DNA from: Candidatus Latescibacterota bacterium
GTDB lineage: Bacteria; Latescibacterota; UBA2968; GCA-2709665
Direction of reading: 5' to 3'
DNA length: 64,000 nucleotides
Assembly: GCA_965205485.1 (NCBI GenBank)
Contig: OZ242180.1
Coordinates: 2,240,001 to 2,304,000, forward strand
Below the pieces are notes generated by a model. That model saw only the letters and a list, made by a program, of their open reading frames with translations. It had not been told where the DNA came from and searched no databases. Of this stretch, positions 29,182 through 38,632 are shown piece by piece. Made by a program: the position numbers and the translations under genes. Each line of letters opens with the position of its first letter. Position 1 is the stretch's first letter.

Positions 29182-29679
29182 TCACAAATACGCGTAATAG
29201 ATGACTTCCTTGCGCTCGATGTTGAACCCCGCCTTCTCATAGGCCCTCCTGGCGCCGGTCTGCGCGTCGTTCAGGCCCGTTCGCACCTGCGCATATTTCA
29301 GCCCCGCCTCCCGGAACCTATCCATGACGAAGTTGTACATCATGGTCCCGATTCCCTGCCCCTGCAACCCGGCCGCGACGGCGTTCAGGCCGACGATTCC
29401 GATCCCTTTCTTCATATCCAGAAGATAGGTGATGAACGCCGCGACCTCGCCGGTTTCGCGCGACTCGACGACGAACGCCCATTCCGGATGTTCCGCCAGG
29501 TGGCGCCCGACGCTGGCCTTGATGTTTTCCGGCCAGTTCGCGTAGAGGACGTCGAAGAGCTCCTCGCCCCAGTTCTCTTCATGCAGCCCGAAAATCGGCT
29601 CCCAAGCCTGGCGGACGATCTCGCCGATCCTGTCCAGGTCGGCTTCGGTCGCGCCGCGAATCCGGTATCGGTCGTCCAT
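29182..29679 (-). CDS. GNAT family N-acetyltransferase
   Basis: YRIRGAT..D, NAVAAGLQGQGIG, ARRAYEKAGF. Confidence 0.9.
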   Translation of the reverse strand: MDDRYRIRGATEADLDRIGEIVRQAWEPIFGLHEENWGEELFDVLYANWPENIKASVGRHLAEHPEWAFVVESRETGEVAAFITYLLDMKKGIGIVGLNAVAAGLQGQGIGTMMYNFVMDRFREAGLKYAQVRTGLNDAQTGARRAYEKAGFNIERKEVIYYAYL

Positions 29680-29706
29680 ATTTCCTCGCATCGAGACAGC
29701 GTCGGA

Positions 29707-30801
29707 CTACACGGTATCCGGGAAACTTACGCTCAATCGCTTTGCCCACTCCTCCAGTTCCTGGCGCACATCCGGTTCCAGCGGCACGCCGTGAATCTCG
29801 CATTCTTGCCGGGTCCGCTCCATTCGTTCGCCGGGCAGCCGGATCTCAGCGGAATCGCCGTCCAGGGGACTGCCTTTGAGGTCTTCGACAAAGTCCGCCA
29901 TCCGCGCTTCGAAATCGGCCACGGGCATAAACGCCCCGACGTCAATGGCGATGCAGCAATGGCTGACCGCGTGGGTCTTGTCCGTTCGGTCCGCCTGGTC
30001 GCGTGGCGTGATATCGCTCAGGAAAGCGGCGCCGCCCAGCACGCCCGTCAGCGCTTCAACCAGAATGGCCAAACCTGCGCCCTTATGGCCGCCGATCGGC
30101 ATCGTGGTCCCGCCGCCGATGACGGCCCGCGGGTCGTCGGTGGGCCTGCCGTCCCGGTCGAAGCCCCGAATATCCCGGGGAATCCGCTTACCTTCCCGGA
30201 TCCACTGCCGCATCCGGCCCCCCGAGGCGGTCATGCACGCGTCGAACAGGATGGGGAAGCCGCCGGCCGTGGGTATGCCGAACCCCATCGGTGTGTTGCC
30301 GATCACAGAGCCGCGGGCGCCTGGATATCCCATGGATCCCTTGGTGTTCGAAAACGCCATGCCGATCATGCCCGCGTTGGCCGCTTCCAGGCAATACGGA
30401 ACGGCGGCGAGAAAGTGGTTGTTGCGTACGATCAGCGCGACGCCGATGCCACCCTCCCGGGCCTTGGCGATTGCAAGCCGCATCCCTTTCATGCAGCCGA
30501 CGATCCCCACGCCGTGGTCGCCTTCGATGACCGCGGTCATGCCCCGGTCGCTGAGTACAGGCTGGTCCGGCTTGGCCCGGATCGTCCCATCGTTCAACCC
30601 CCGAAGATTGAAGTGAACGAGCCGGAGCCCGTGGGTCGTATTACCGCGGGTCTCCTGGCAGAGGGTCGCTCCGGCGATCGTTTGCGCGTCGTCGCCGGGC
30701 ACGCCGGCGGCCAGATACAGGTCGCGCACGAATGTCTCCAGCACGTCCGCGGCCACACGGGTCTCCGCAGGGTCGGGTCGGTTCATATTTTCAGTCTCCA
30801 A
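29707..30801 (-). CDS. Ldh_2 (malate/L-lactate/ureidoglycolate dehydrogenase-like) oxidoreductase
   Basis: RGNTTHGL, VRNNHF, GNTPMGFGIP, GGHKGAGLA, RLPGE. Confidence 0.9.
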   Translation of the reverse strand: METENMNRPDPAETRVAADVLETFVRDLYLAAGVPGDDAQTIAGATLCQETRGNTTHGLRLVHFNLRGLNDGTIRAKPDQPVLSDRGMTAVIEGDHGVGIVGCMKGMRLAIAKAREGGIGVALIVRNNHFLAAVPYCLEAANAGMIGMAFSNTKGSMGYPGARGSVIGNTPMGFGIPTAGGFPILFDACMTASGGRMRQWIREGKRIPRDIRGFDRDGRPTDDPRAVIGGGTTMPIGGHKGAGLAILVEALTGVLGGAAFLSDITPRDQADRTDKTHAVSHCCIAIDVGAFMPVADFEARMADFVEDLKGSPLDGDSAEIRLPGERMERTRQECEIHGVPLEPDVRQELEEWAKRLSVSFPDTV

Positions 30802-30811
30802 TCTCCGGTTG

Positions 30812-30842
30812 TCGCCTGCAGAGCGACTTTATCAACGGACTG
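30812..30842 (-). mobile_element. Isolated 31-bp end of the 16306-16465 MITE
   Basis: Exact reverse complement of 16306-16336 (CAGTCCGTTGATAAAGTCGCTCTGCAGGCGA). Confidence 0.85.
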
Positions 30843-31941
30843 TCAGCCGTACCCAACGCGTGTGGGTCACGCCGCCGACCGTACACCAGAAATACGTCAT
30901 CAGGTCGCCGTCGTCAAGCCGGATGCCGCCGGGTTTTCCGAAAGCGATCTGCATGTGTTCGGCCAGGAAATTATCCGTCTCGGGCTTACCGAGCGTTGCC
31001 TCGGACCCGGCATCGAACACGACGACCTGGCCCTCCAGATCGAACGTCTCCAGGTCTTCGCTGAGCGCCACGCGTATGCCCTGCGGATCGTGCCGGAAGT
31101 TGTAGATGGCCGCCACCCTTCCGTCGGCCAGCGCGATGGGGGAGCAGACCTGCCCGCGCAGGTTGGTGGGCCGCGGCGCCGACCACGTCTGTCCGCCGTC
31201 GTCGGAGACAGTCCAGTGATTCAGCAGGTCCTCGGATGTACCATAGACGTGGGTCCAGAGCATGGTGTAGATTCTGCCGTCCGGCAACACGGTATTCATC
31301 TGGTCCCACCAGAGCAACTCCCCCGAAGGATCGTCGGCCACCACGGTAAACTCACCCCAGGTCCGTCCCTGGTCCGCGGAAAAGACCGCCGCGGCCTTCT
31401 GGTCGGGCGGCCCCGGATACCCCTCCGGCTTCCAGGTCTCCAGCGGGTACATCCACCGGTCCGGAGCGAGTTGCAAGAGCACGCCGGCGCCATTGCACGT
31501 GTATTTTTCGGGCGGCAGGTCCACGTGTACGACCTGTGGCGTGGACCAGGCGTGTCCCGCGTCATCCGACCGGAAAAGCAGCAACTCCGGGCGTTGCAAT
31601 ACCTCCGAATTCGGATCGAACAGCTTTTCCCCCTGCATTTCGAAACGCGTCGCGGTCATCACCAGCCGGTTGCCAGGCGTCTCGCTGATGTGTGGGCTTC
31701 TGTAGCTCCAACCGTCTTCCGCCGGCCCGGCACCGTGGATGCTGCCCTCGTTCACCCACGTTGCGCGCCCGTCGGAGGAGCGAAGGACTTCGATATGGTT
31801 GTCCGAGGAACCCAGGCTCTCGCCCACGTGCTGGCATGCGATCACGCTGCCATCGGACAACGGGGTGATGGTGGGCATGAACGCCCCTGTTTCGCGTCGC
31901 CACGAAAGGATGCCGCCGTCAACGGTCTGTATCATCGCCAT
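30832..31941 (-). CDS. BNR/Asp-box repeat sialidase-like protein
   Basis: Asp boxes SSDGRATW, SDDAGHAW, SADQGRTW, SDDGGQTW; real start ATG 31941, coupled to the upstream stop. Confidence 0.85.
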   Translation of the reverse strand: MAMIQTVDGGILSWRRETGAFMPTITPLSDGSVIACQHVGESLGSSDNHIEVLRSSDGRATWVNEGSIHGAGPAEDGWSYRSPHISETPGNRLVMTATRFEMQGEKLFDPNSEVLQRPELLLFRSDDAGHAWSTPQVVHVDLPPEKYTCNGAGVLLQLAPDRWMYPLETWKPEGYPGPPDQKAAAVFSADQGRTWGEFTVVADDPSGELLWWDQMNTVLPDGRIYTMLWTHVYGTSEDLLNHWTVSDDGGQTWSAPRPTNLRGQVCSPIALADGRVAAIYNFRHDPQGIRVALSEDLETFDLEGQVVVFDAGSEATLGKPETDNFLAEHMQIAFGKPGGIRLDDGDLMTYFWCTVGGVTHTRWVRLTVR

Positions 31942-33947
31942 GTCAGTTCCACGGCAAGGTAATCGGTCTGATTCGACATCCTGACGGGCATCACAACCTC
32001 GGTGCCGCGGACCTCGGAGTCGGCGAGCGCGTCGTCTCCCGTGAAGATATCGACCAGAGAAGCAATCTCGGTGCCTTCCGGCGCGCGCATCACCAGATTC
32101 GTCCGGTATTGCAGCCCCACGTAATTGAAGATGAGGCAGACAAGGCAGCCGTCGCCGATCATCGGGAACAGCTCCATGGTCGGCACGTCGCGACGGTCCC
32201 ACGGCCGCAGGTCCCGGTAGGCGTTGTCCGGCGGGTAGGGCCATATTCGGGCCACCGGCTCCTCCCTCGCCAGCCATTTCAGGATATTCCGCAGCAGCGG
32301 TATGCCGTCCGTGGGCGTCCGGACGCCGCCGTGGTCCCCAGGCGTCACGTAGCTGAACTCCGGGACCCCGGCCAGCCAGACCTGCCGGCCGCCGTTATCC
32401 TCGTTCACGACCAGCGCCGGCCTCCCGTCGATCTCACCCACCGTCTCCCCTTCGATTCCCGGCTCGGAAAACACGGACTGCAGCATGACGGGATGCGAAA
32501 TGCCCTCCAGGAAAGGATGGTCCCGTCTTACGGGTCGCATTTCCGCGCTGTCGATGGATTTCCCCTCCGGCGGCGGGCACGGTCCGTTTCCGGGCCAATC
32601 GCGGTCGGGGGTCCGCCCCACCCGGAGCAGACCGTTGCCGGATGCTCCGTAGGCCTGCAGTACGGCCCTCTGCTCGCCGGTCAGGCAATGGGTATCCGGC
32701 AGAATCACCGGCCCTTCCAGCGCCTCTCCGGCATCCTGGAGGCGGCCGTCGAAGTGCCAGCGCCAGGGCAGCCCCACGTGGTTCATCACGTCGGGCCAGA
32801 CCGCCAACGCCTTCCGGCCCCAGCCGGTTTCCGGATTCCCGTAGATTTCCGTCTGCGTGGGGTTGATGACGGTGGCGGATGCGCAGGGTTTCGTCTTCTC
32901 GAAATAGGGAATGAGTTTACCCGCCTCGTGGAATCCGTCCAGAAATCCGGGCAGGATGCGGGCGAGATCATTGGAATACGGCGTAATGTTGTCCGCGCCG
33001 AGCGCGTAGGGAACCGCGCCGGCCATGAAACCGTCTCTGCGGGTCAACTCAGGACCGCCCAGGGGCGGTCTGAATGCCTGCGGATAGATATTCATCGAAC
33101 GCCCGACCGTGGCGCCGGCCAGCGTCCGGGTCGCCTCGGTCAGGATCCGGCGCGCGGGCCGGTACGTGAAATGCGACGTATGGTTGTAGTGATAGGGATC
33201 AGTACAGAGCACGTCCTGGGCCAGCGCGTCCTGGGAGAGATCGATCCCCGCCCGCCAGATGTTCTCGTTGAAGGACACCACCACCGGCGAATACTGAATG
33301 CCGACCATGACGTCAGGGCGCTCGCTTTTGATTTGCGCACGGAACCAGGCGTGAACCCCGGTCCACCGCACCATCCGGCGCTGCACCCACGCCCACCATG
33401 CCTTCGACGCCCAGTCGAAATCGGCGGGCGGCGGCGAGCCGTATTCCCTTTCATACTCGGATACGCAGTGGTCGCAATAGCAGCCGATGTCGCCGTTTGC
33501 GAACCCGATCGCGGCTTCGTCGTTGAGGTGAATCTCCCGGAGCGCGGGCAGCCCGATCACTTTCCTCAGGAGATCGAGGTATTCCGTTTTGTTCTCCGGC
33601 TGAAACGGGCACAGCCATTTGGTGCGTACCAGGTTGTCGCTGTCCAGCGCGGTACCCGAACCTCCGACGCAAACCATGGCCCGCTCCGGATGGTCCCGCA
33701 GGAAATCCTCCCGGTACTTCATATAGCCTGTGAATACGGTCATCCCCAGGCCGAATTCCCGGGCCCACGCGCCGAAGTGACCCACCTGCTCCCAGTCGAA
33801 TCCCTGGCCCGTGAATTTCCGTTCGCCCGTCTTCAGCGAGACGCCGATATCCGTGAACCCCTCACTCCGGATTCGCGCCACGTGGTCGCGGGAATAGCTC
33901 ACTTTCTGGATGTTCAGAAGGGCGGTACGGCGGATTGTTCGTTTCAT
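31932..33947 (-). CDS. GH42-architecture TIM-barrel protein, paralogue 3
   Basis: FTGYMKY, WLCPF, EIHLNDEA, GCYCDHC, TDPYH, IYPQAF, VILPDTHCL. Confidence 0.8.
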   Translation of the reverse strand: MKRTIRRTALLNIQKVSYSRDHVARIRSEGFTDIGVSLKTGERKFTGQGFDWEQVGHFGAWAREFGLGMTVFTGYMKYREDFLRDHPERAMVCVGGSGTALDSDNLVRTKWLCPFQPENKTEYLDLLRKVIGLPALREIHLNDEAAIGFANGDIGCYCDHCVSEYEREYGSPPPADFDWASKAWWAWVQRRMVRWTGVHAWFRAQIKSERPDVMVGIQYSPVVVSFNENIWRAGIDLSQDALAQDVLCTDPYHYNHTSHFTYRPARRILTEATRTLAGATVGRSMNIYPQAFRPPLGGPELTRRDGFMAGAVPYALGADNITPYSNDLARILPGFLDGFHEAGKLIPYFEKTKPCASATVINPTQTEIYGNPETGWGRKALAVWPDVMNHVGLPWRWHFDGRLQDAGEALEGPVILPDTHCLTGEQRAVLQAYGASGNGLLRVGRTPDRDWPGNGPCPPPEGKSIDSAEMRPVRRDHPFLEGISHPVMLQSVFSEPGIEGETVGEIDGRPALVVNEDNGGRQVWLAGVPEFSYVTPGDHGGVRTPTDGIPLLRNILKWLAREEPVARIWPYPPDNAYRDLRPWDRRDVPTMELFPMIGDGCLVCLIFNYVGLQYRTNLVMRAPEGTEIASLVDIFTGDDALADSEVRGTEVVMPVRMSNQTDYLAVELTWR

Positions 33948-33973
33948 TCGTATTTTCCTTTTAGAGCGCTACA

Positions 33974-35785
33974 TTAGGCCGCAGTCTCCATTCGAAGGGT
34001 ACGTGGCGTTTCGGCGCCCAGATCCAGGGACACGGCCCGCTGGCGCCGTCCCTCCAGTATAACCTCGCGAATGTCCATGGTTTCGCCCGTTTCGGCAACG
34101 CGGACCCCGATCACGCGATCGGGCAGCAGCAGCGTGAGTCCGTGGAGGTCTCCGGGGGAGGCCATCGTCAGAAATACGGCCCGGCCGTCCTCTCTCCGTG
34201 CCTCGAGGCGTACGTCGGCCCTGGCCCGGGAGAACCGCGACCACCGTTCCTGGTTTTCGAACCGGCATCCCGCCGCCCGGGCGCCGTCGAGGCCCATCTC
34301 CAGCGACCGGCGGGACGCGCTGGGATGGTCCTGGGGCATGACGACGTAGCTCGGGTGAAAGTTGGCGATCTGCACCCCGTGCCAGCGATGCGCCGCGTCC
34401 TCGGCGAACCGGGTGAGCTCCTCGCCGTATGCTTCCGCCGAAAGGCCCACCCTTCCAGTAGATTTCGGATCCGAGGTATTCCGCTCCCCAAGCGTCTGAC
34501 TCTCGTCCCACTGCGCCGGCATGTGCCACAGGTCGAGGACCCCCACACCATGTTGAAAATAGCGAAGTGGCAGGGCGGTCGAAATCATGTACGGCCCGTA
34601 GCGCTCATCGTGCCGCATCCGCGGATCGTGGGAGATGAAGTGGGTGGGTGTGTACCAGCCGAGGTCGACCACCATTTCCGCCATCGGCTGACCGGACCAC
34701 TGGCAGCCGTGAATGCAGATCGAGTCCATGTCCAGACCGGTGTCGCGGAAGAAGCTGTCGCGGTGCGCCTCGAGGTTGGCGCGGATATCGGGAAGCGCGT
34801 TTTCGTTAAGGTCCTGCGCGGTGCGCGACCGCCGGACCTTCTGGCCCGAGACCTCGACGATAGGCCGTGTGACGGCGTCCAGGTTGGCTTCGATGGTGAT
34901 GCCGTGCCCCCGTTCGTGCCAGTCTCTCATCAAATCGCCGCCGTACCGGCTCACGGGGGGTCTGTTGAATGTCAGATAGGCGCCGTATTCCTCGGCGACT
35001 TCCACCTCCACGTCGGCGCCGGCTTCTCCGCAGCCATCGCCCTTCACGAACCAGAGCGCGGGGGCGGCGTCGGGAAAGTGCCAGAGTCGAGGAAGACCCG
35101 TATCGGACAGAGAAGCGAGAACGAGCGTCCGAAGGATATCCTGATGCAGATCGCACACCGGCACGTCCCGGGGCAGCTTGTCGGAAAGGTCGAAGAACCC
35201 ATAGATGTGCCGGGGCCCCGTGAGCGGCCCCATATCCTTCGCCGGCCGCTCCCTCACGTCGCCCGTACCGTGACGCAGCGTCGCCACGGTCCGGCAGAGG
35301 TCGTAGCCGTAGATCCAGGCCGTTCCCTTTCCCACGCGGGCGGAAACGAGACCGGATCCGCATCGCTCTCCGCCATCGGCCCGAAGCGCCGCCGCTTCCT
35401 GTCCCCCGCGAAGGGGGTGGGCGGTGTCGTCCGGGCACAGCAACGGCACGTCGCCGTGTTCCCAGCCGTTCAGCGCGGTCACGGCCACGTGGGCATCGGA
35501 AACGGCATCCGAGACCGAGACGCCGAACGCTGTCGCGACAGCCGGGTCGGGCGCGGTCGAGATCAGCGTCACACCCGCGGAGACAGCCCTCGCCAGGCGC
35601 TCCGCGGTCGAACGGCTGACGCCGGTACCAGCCAGCATCACCACACTTACACCCGGCGGAGCGCCGTCGAACGTGTGCGCCGGCCGTTCTTCCAGCCAGG
35701 GAAAACCCTCGCACCGCAGTACCTCGGCGCAAAGTCCTTCCGATGGGTCGCCGTTCGCGCGCAGAATCAGGATAGGTTGTTCCAT
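33974..35785 (-). CDS. Hypothetical protein with GATase-like N-terminus and polysaccharide-deacetylase-like barrel
   Basis: LPRLWHFP.....WFVKGDG, W.ERGHGI, NFHP; fold inferred by eye. Confidence 0.55.
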   Translation of the reverse strand: MEQPILILRANGDPSEGLCAEVLRCEGFPWLEERPAHTFDGAPPGVSVVMLAGTGVSRSTAERLARAVSAGVTLISTAPDPAVATAFGVSVSDAVSDAHVAVTALNGWEHGDVPLLCPDDTAHPLRGGQEAAALRADGGERCGSGLVSARVGKGTAWIYGYDLCRTVATLRHGTGDVRERPAKDMGPLTGPRHIYGFFDLSDKLPRDVPVCDLHQDILRTLVLASLSDTGLPRLWHFPDAAPALWFVKGDGCGEAGADVEVEVAEEYGAYLTFNRPPVSRYGGDLMRDWHERGHGITIEANLDAVTRPIVEVSGQKVRRSRTAQDLNENALPDIRANLEAHRDSFFRDTGLDMDSICIHGCQWSGQPMAEMVVDLGWYTPTHFISHDPRMRHDERYGPYMISTALPLRYFQHGVGVLDLWHMPAQWDESQTLGERNTSDPKSTGRVGLSAEAYGEELTRFAEDAAHRWHGVQIANFHPSYVVMPQDHPSASRRSLEMGLDGARAAGCRFENQERWSRFSRARADVRLEARREDGRAVFLTMASPGDLHGLTLLLPDRVIGVRVAETGETMDIREVILEGRRQRAVSLDLGAETPRTLRMETAA

Positions 35786-35925
35786 TCAGGCACCATTATT
35801 GCTTAATGATTATGTAGGAAGTCGACAGTTGGCGACTCAAAGTCTGATCACCGCGGTATGTCGCTCGACTCAGAGCGAGAGTCGGTTCTGGGTCGCCCGT
35901 CGTTTCAGACAGGAGTCGTTTCTGC

Positions 35926-35959
35926 TTTACAAATAGTATCATTATTGGTATTATAATTT
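35926..35959 (+). promoter_or_regulatory. hicAB promoter/operator, probably leaderless
   Basis: TTTACA-N17-TATTAT; imperfect palindrome ATAGTATCA-TTAT-TGGTATTAT; ATG 5 nt after the -10. Confidence 0.6.
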
Positions 35960-36208
35960 ATGGTAAGCACCACTGACATCCTCAGTGCACTACGTAATAA
36001 TCCCGCGGGAGTCCGGTTCGCTGACCTCGTGAAAATCTGCGACGGATATTTCGGGCCACCACGTCAGACCGGAACGAGCCATCGGGTCTACCGGATGCCG
36101 TGGCCGGGCGATCCACGCGTGAACATCCAAAACGACAAGGGCATGGCGAAGCCGTATCAGGTCCGCCAGGTGATCAAGGCAATTGAGAAACTCGAGGAGT
36201 CAAAATGA
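35960..36208 (+). CDS. hicA: HicA-family toxin
   Basis: NPAGVRFADL, GTSHRVY, AKPYQVRQV. Confidence 0.85.
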   Translation: MVSTTDILSALRNNPAGVRFADLVKICDGYFGPPRQTGTSHRVYRMPWPGDPRVNIQNDKGMAKPYQVRQVIKAIEKLEESK

Positions 36209-36531
36209 ACGATCATTACACCTACCGGATCACGTGGTCCGCGGAAGACAGCGAACACGTGGGTCTCTGCGCCGAGTTCCCGTCGCTGAGCTGGCTCGCG
36301 CCGTCACCCGACGAGGCATTGTCCGGCATCCAGCGGCTCGTTCGAGAATCCGTGGACGACATGCGCGCCACAGGTGAACCAACACCGGTACCATTGGCGG
36401 ACCGCGCGTATAGCGGCAAATTCCTGGTGCGTCTGCCGCCGGAATCCCACCGCGCCCTGGTCATCGAAGCGGCGGAACAGGGCGTGAGCCTGAACCGGTT
36501 GGTGAGCGCGCGGCTGGCGGGCGTCTCATAA
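36205..36531 (+). CDS. hicB: HicB-family antitoxin
   Basis: YTYRITWS.ED.EHVGLCAEFPSLS, YSGKFLVRLPPESHRAL..EAAEQGVSLN. Confidence 0.9.
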   Translation: MNDHYTYRITWSAEDSEHVGLCAEFPSLSWLAPSPDEALSGIQRLVRESVDDMRATGEPTPVPLADRAYSGKFLVRLPPESHRALVIEAAEQGVSLNRLVSARLAGVS

Positions 36532-36787
36532 TTGGTTGCGGCTGAGGAAACGAAGCCGCATCAGGCTGCATAACCTCAATGCGAAAAAAGACAACAGTCA
36601 AATTGGCCACAAAAGGCACAAAAGGCACAGAAGGGACCGGTGCCAAACGGGGTATCGAGGTCGTCCATATGGATGATATTTCCGTTCACGTCCAGCGACC
36701 TGGTGTATCCTGGTAATCCGCCTTCTAATCGCCTTGATTAACTTGCACATATACGAACTAACGTCACCGAAAAACAACGATTCCTGG

Positions 36788-37216
36788 TCAGATCTTGTCG
36801 ACTCCCCAGAGGTGTCCCAGCAGGAAGTTGTTGATATTCCCTCGCTGCCCGCCAATGCCGCCCAGGTGATAGGCGCCGTCCACGGGATTCGCGGCGATGT
36901 AGTGCACGATGGCATCCCGTTTCCGTACCAGCCGCTTCAATTGGTCCTGATCGCGCGTGCGGTGGTAGGTTTCCGCGGTCCGCCTCGCGCCCATCAGCCG
37001 GTCGCCAATCTCCTCACGCGCTCTGGCGCCCACCAGAATCTTTACGGGCGCGCCGCTCTTTTCCCCATGATGCAGACCGATGGGCGCACCAGCGAGCTTC
37101 CCGATGTAATGCGCCAGTTCTTCCCCGGCCGTCTTTTCAGCCGGTTCGGGTTTCGCCGGCAACTCCACCGCACAACGCGCGCGGCGGTGGGCGGCCAGGA
37201 TCACGGTCCTATCCAT
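36788..37216 (-). pseudogene. Probable internally deleted remnant of a DUF4838/GH20-domain-2-type protein
   Basis: AEKTAGEELAHYIGKLAGA..KILVG is the N-terminal motif of normally long proteins; here only about 142 aa and translationally coupled to the upstream gene. Confidence 0.5.
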
Positions 37217-38486
37217 TGCCAGCTTCCACTTCCCACGTGTACGCGGCTGACCCGTTGCCATTTTCCACGCGGCAGGTTACCGAATGTCTTCCCGCACTGT
37301 CCGCGACGAATCGCAATGATCCGCCGTTTCCGGGTATTGCCCTGCCATTGGACGTCCACGAAAACCGGAGGTCCGGATCGTCGACTTCGTCGGCCGCCAA
37401 TTCGGCGCACCCGACGTGGCGATACACCCCGTCGCCGTCCCGCTGGCGCGAGCCGTCCGGCGCGACCCAGCCGTCGTCCATGTCCCGTGCGGAATAGTAC
37501 ATTAGGTATCTGCCCGGCAACTTCAAGACGTGCGGGGTGGACGTGTACCGGCCGTCGAACGCTTCCCTTCGCGGGTTCGGGGGAAAGGTCGGCACGTCGT
37601 TCTGGTAGTACCAGGTGCTGCCGTCACGCGTCCGCCCGAACGAGATATCGAAAAGCCCGCCCGCGCGGTGACCGCCGAACCACATCGCCAGTTCACCCCG
37701 ATCGCGTATCACGAAGGGATACACGCACGAGCGATAGATCCCGCCGTACCGCACCGCGTCGCCTTCGTGTTCCCAGTGCAGACCGTCCCCGGACCGGGCG
37801 GATACGACATTCAGGGTCATCTGCAGGTCCGGGGCCGACCTGGACGGCGCGTTCACCCACATCCTGTATGTCCCGTCGTCCAGTATCAGGACGCACGGGC
37901 GCCGCCCGGTACGCAGCACAGGCTCCGGGTGGAACGTCCATGAAATCCCGTCGGGACTCTCGCCGTACCCCACCCGCTGGTTCAACCACGGGCGTCCCTC
38001 AGTGTCGATTTCATCGACGGCGGTAAACCACATCCTGTAAATCTTCGTCTTGAGGTCGTACAGCACGTACGGCGTCTGGAATCGCCATCCCCACGGAATC
38101 GCATCGTCTGTGACGATCGGATTTTCAGGCCACGGGTCCCAGCGCAGCCCGTCCGTTGACGTGGCGTACCCGAGATGGATGTACGAAGGGTTGCGCGCGT
38201 GGTCGGAACTGCCCACGTACCACATCTTGAAGATGCCGTCTGCCCTCAGCACACAGGGCATGTAGAGGATCACCCGGCACCAGTCCTGTTTCGTCGTCGC
38301 CGCTGACAGGATGGGATCGGACAGGCGCCGCCAGTCCTGCCGTGTCGGGAGCGACTGACAGGATTCTACGTCGAGACGAAGGTCGATGGTCTCACCGGCC
38401 TTGACCGAAATCGTCCGTCCTGTCGGATCGACGCCGCAGATGCGGGGCATGTGCCACGCCGGAATATCGGGGACACCCGCTGCCAT
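37209..38486 (-). CDS. Five-bladed beta-propeller glycosidase-like protein with Ig/PKD-like flanks
   Basis: GYATSTDGLRW, GYGESPDGISW, RSGDGLHW, FDGRYTSTPHV, GVYRHVG; C-terminus FSWTSNG...AGRHSVTCRVENG. Confidence 0.8.
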   Translation of the reverse strand: MAAGVPDIPAWHMPRICGVDPTGRTISVKAGETIDLRLDVESCQSLPTRQDWRRLSDPILSAATTKQDWCRVILYMPCVLRADGIFKMWYVGSSDHARNPSYIHLGYATSTDGLRWDPWPENPIVTDDAIPWGWRFQTPYVLYDLKTKIYRMWFTAVDEIDTEGRPWLNQRVGYGESPDGISWTFHPEPVLRTGRRPCVLILDDGTYRMWVNAPSRSAPDLQMTLNVVSARSGDGLHWEHEGDAVRYGGIYRSCVYPFVIRDRGELAMWFGGHRAGGLFDISFGRTRDGSTWYYQNDVPTFPPNPRREAFDGRYTSTPHVLKLPGRYLMYYSARDMDDGWVAPDGSRQRDGDGVYRHVGCAELAADEVDDPDLRFSWTSNGRAIPGNGGSLRFVADSAGRHSVTCRVENGNGSAAYTWEVEAGNG

Positions 38487-38514
38487 CCGTTCTTCCTTCC
38501 GTTGCAAAAAGCGA

Positions 38515-38580
38515 GAGAAGAGGAGTTAGAGAAGAGGAGTTAGAGAAGAGGAGTGAGGAAAGAGAAGTGAGAAAAGAGAG
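38515..38580 (+). repeat. Purine-rich 14-bp (2x7) tandem repeat
   Basis: GAGAAGAGGAGTTA x2, GAGAAGAGGAGTGA, GGAAAGAGAAGTGA, then a partial copy. Confidence 0.85.
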
Positions 38581-38632
38581 AAAGTCTACGGCGTTGGGAA
38601 GGCCGGAGGACTCTCAATACTCGCTCCTGGGC

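Noticed and set aside
29038..31962. 974-aa plus-strand ORF
   Set aside because: Exact antisense codon register of three real genes that happen to share a frame. TTA/CTA/TCA codons are rare in GC-rich genes, so the shadow stays open. It starts inside a MITE and has no motifs.
31942..32277. ORF-track 5' extensions (sialidase-like to 32277, also 59622, 52369, 51541, 20849, 39631)
   Set aside because: They overlap upstream genes or repeats; RBS-supported or domain-consistent starts lie downstream
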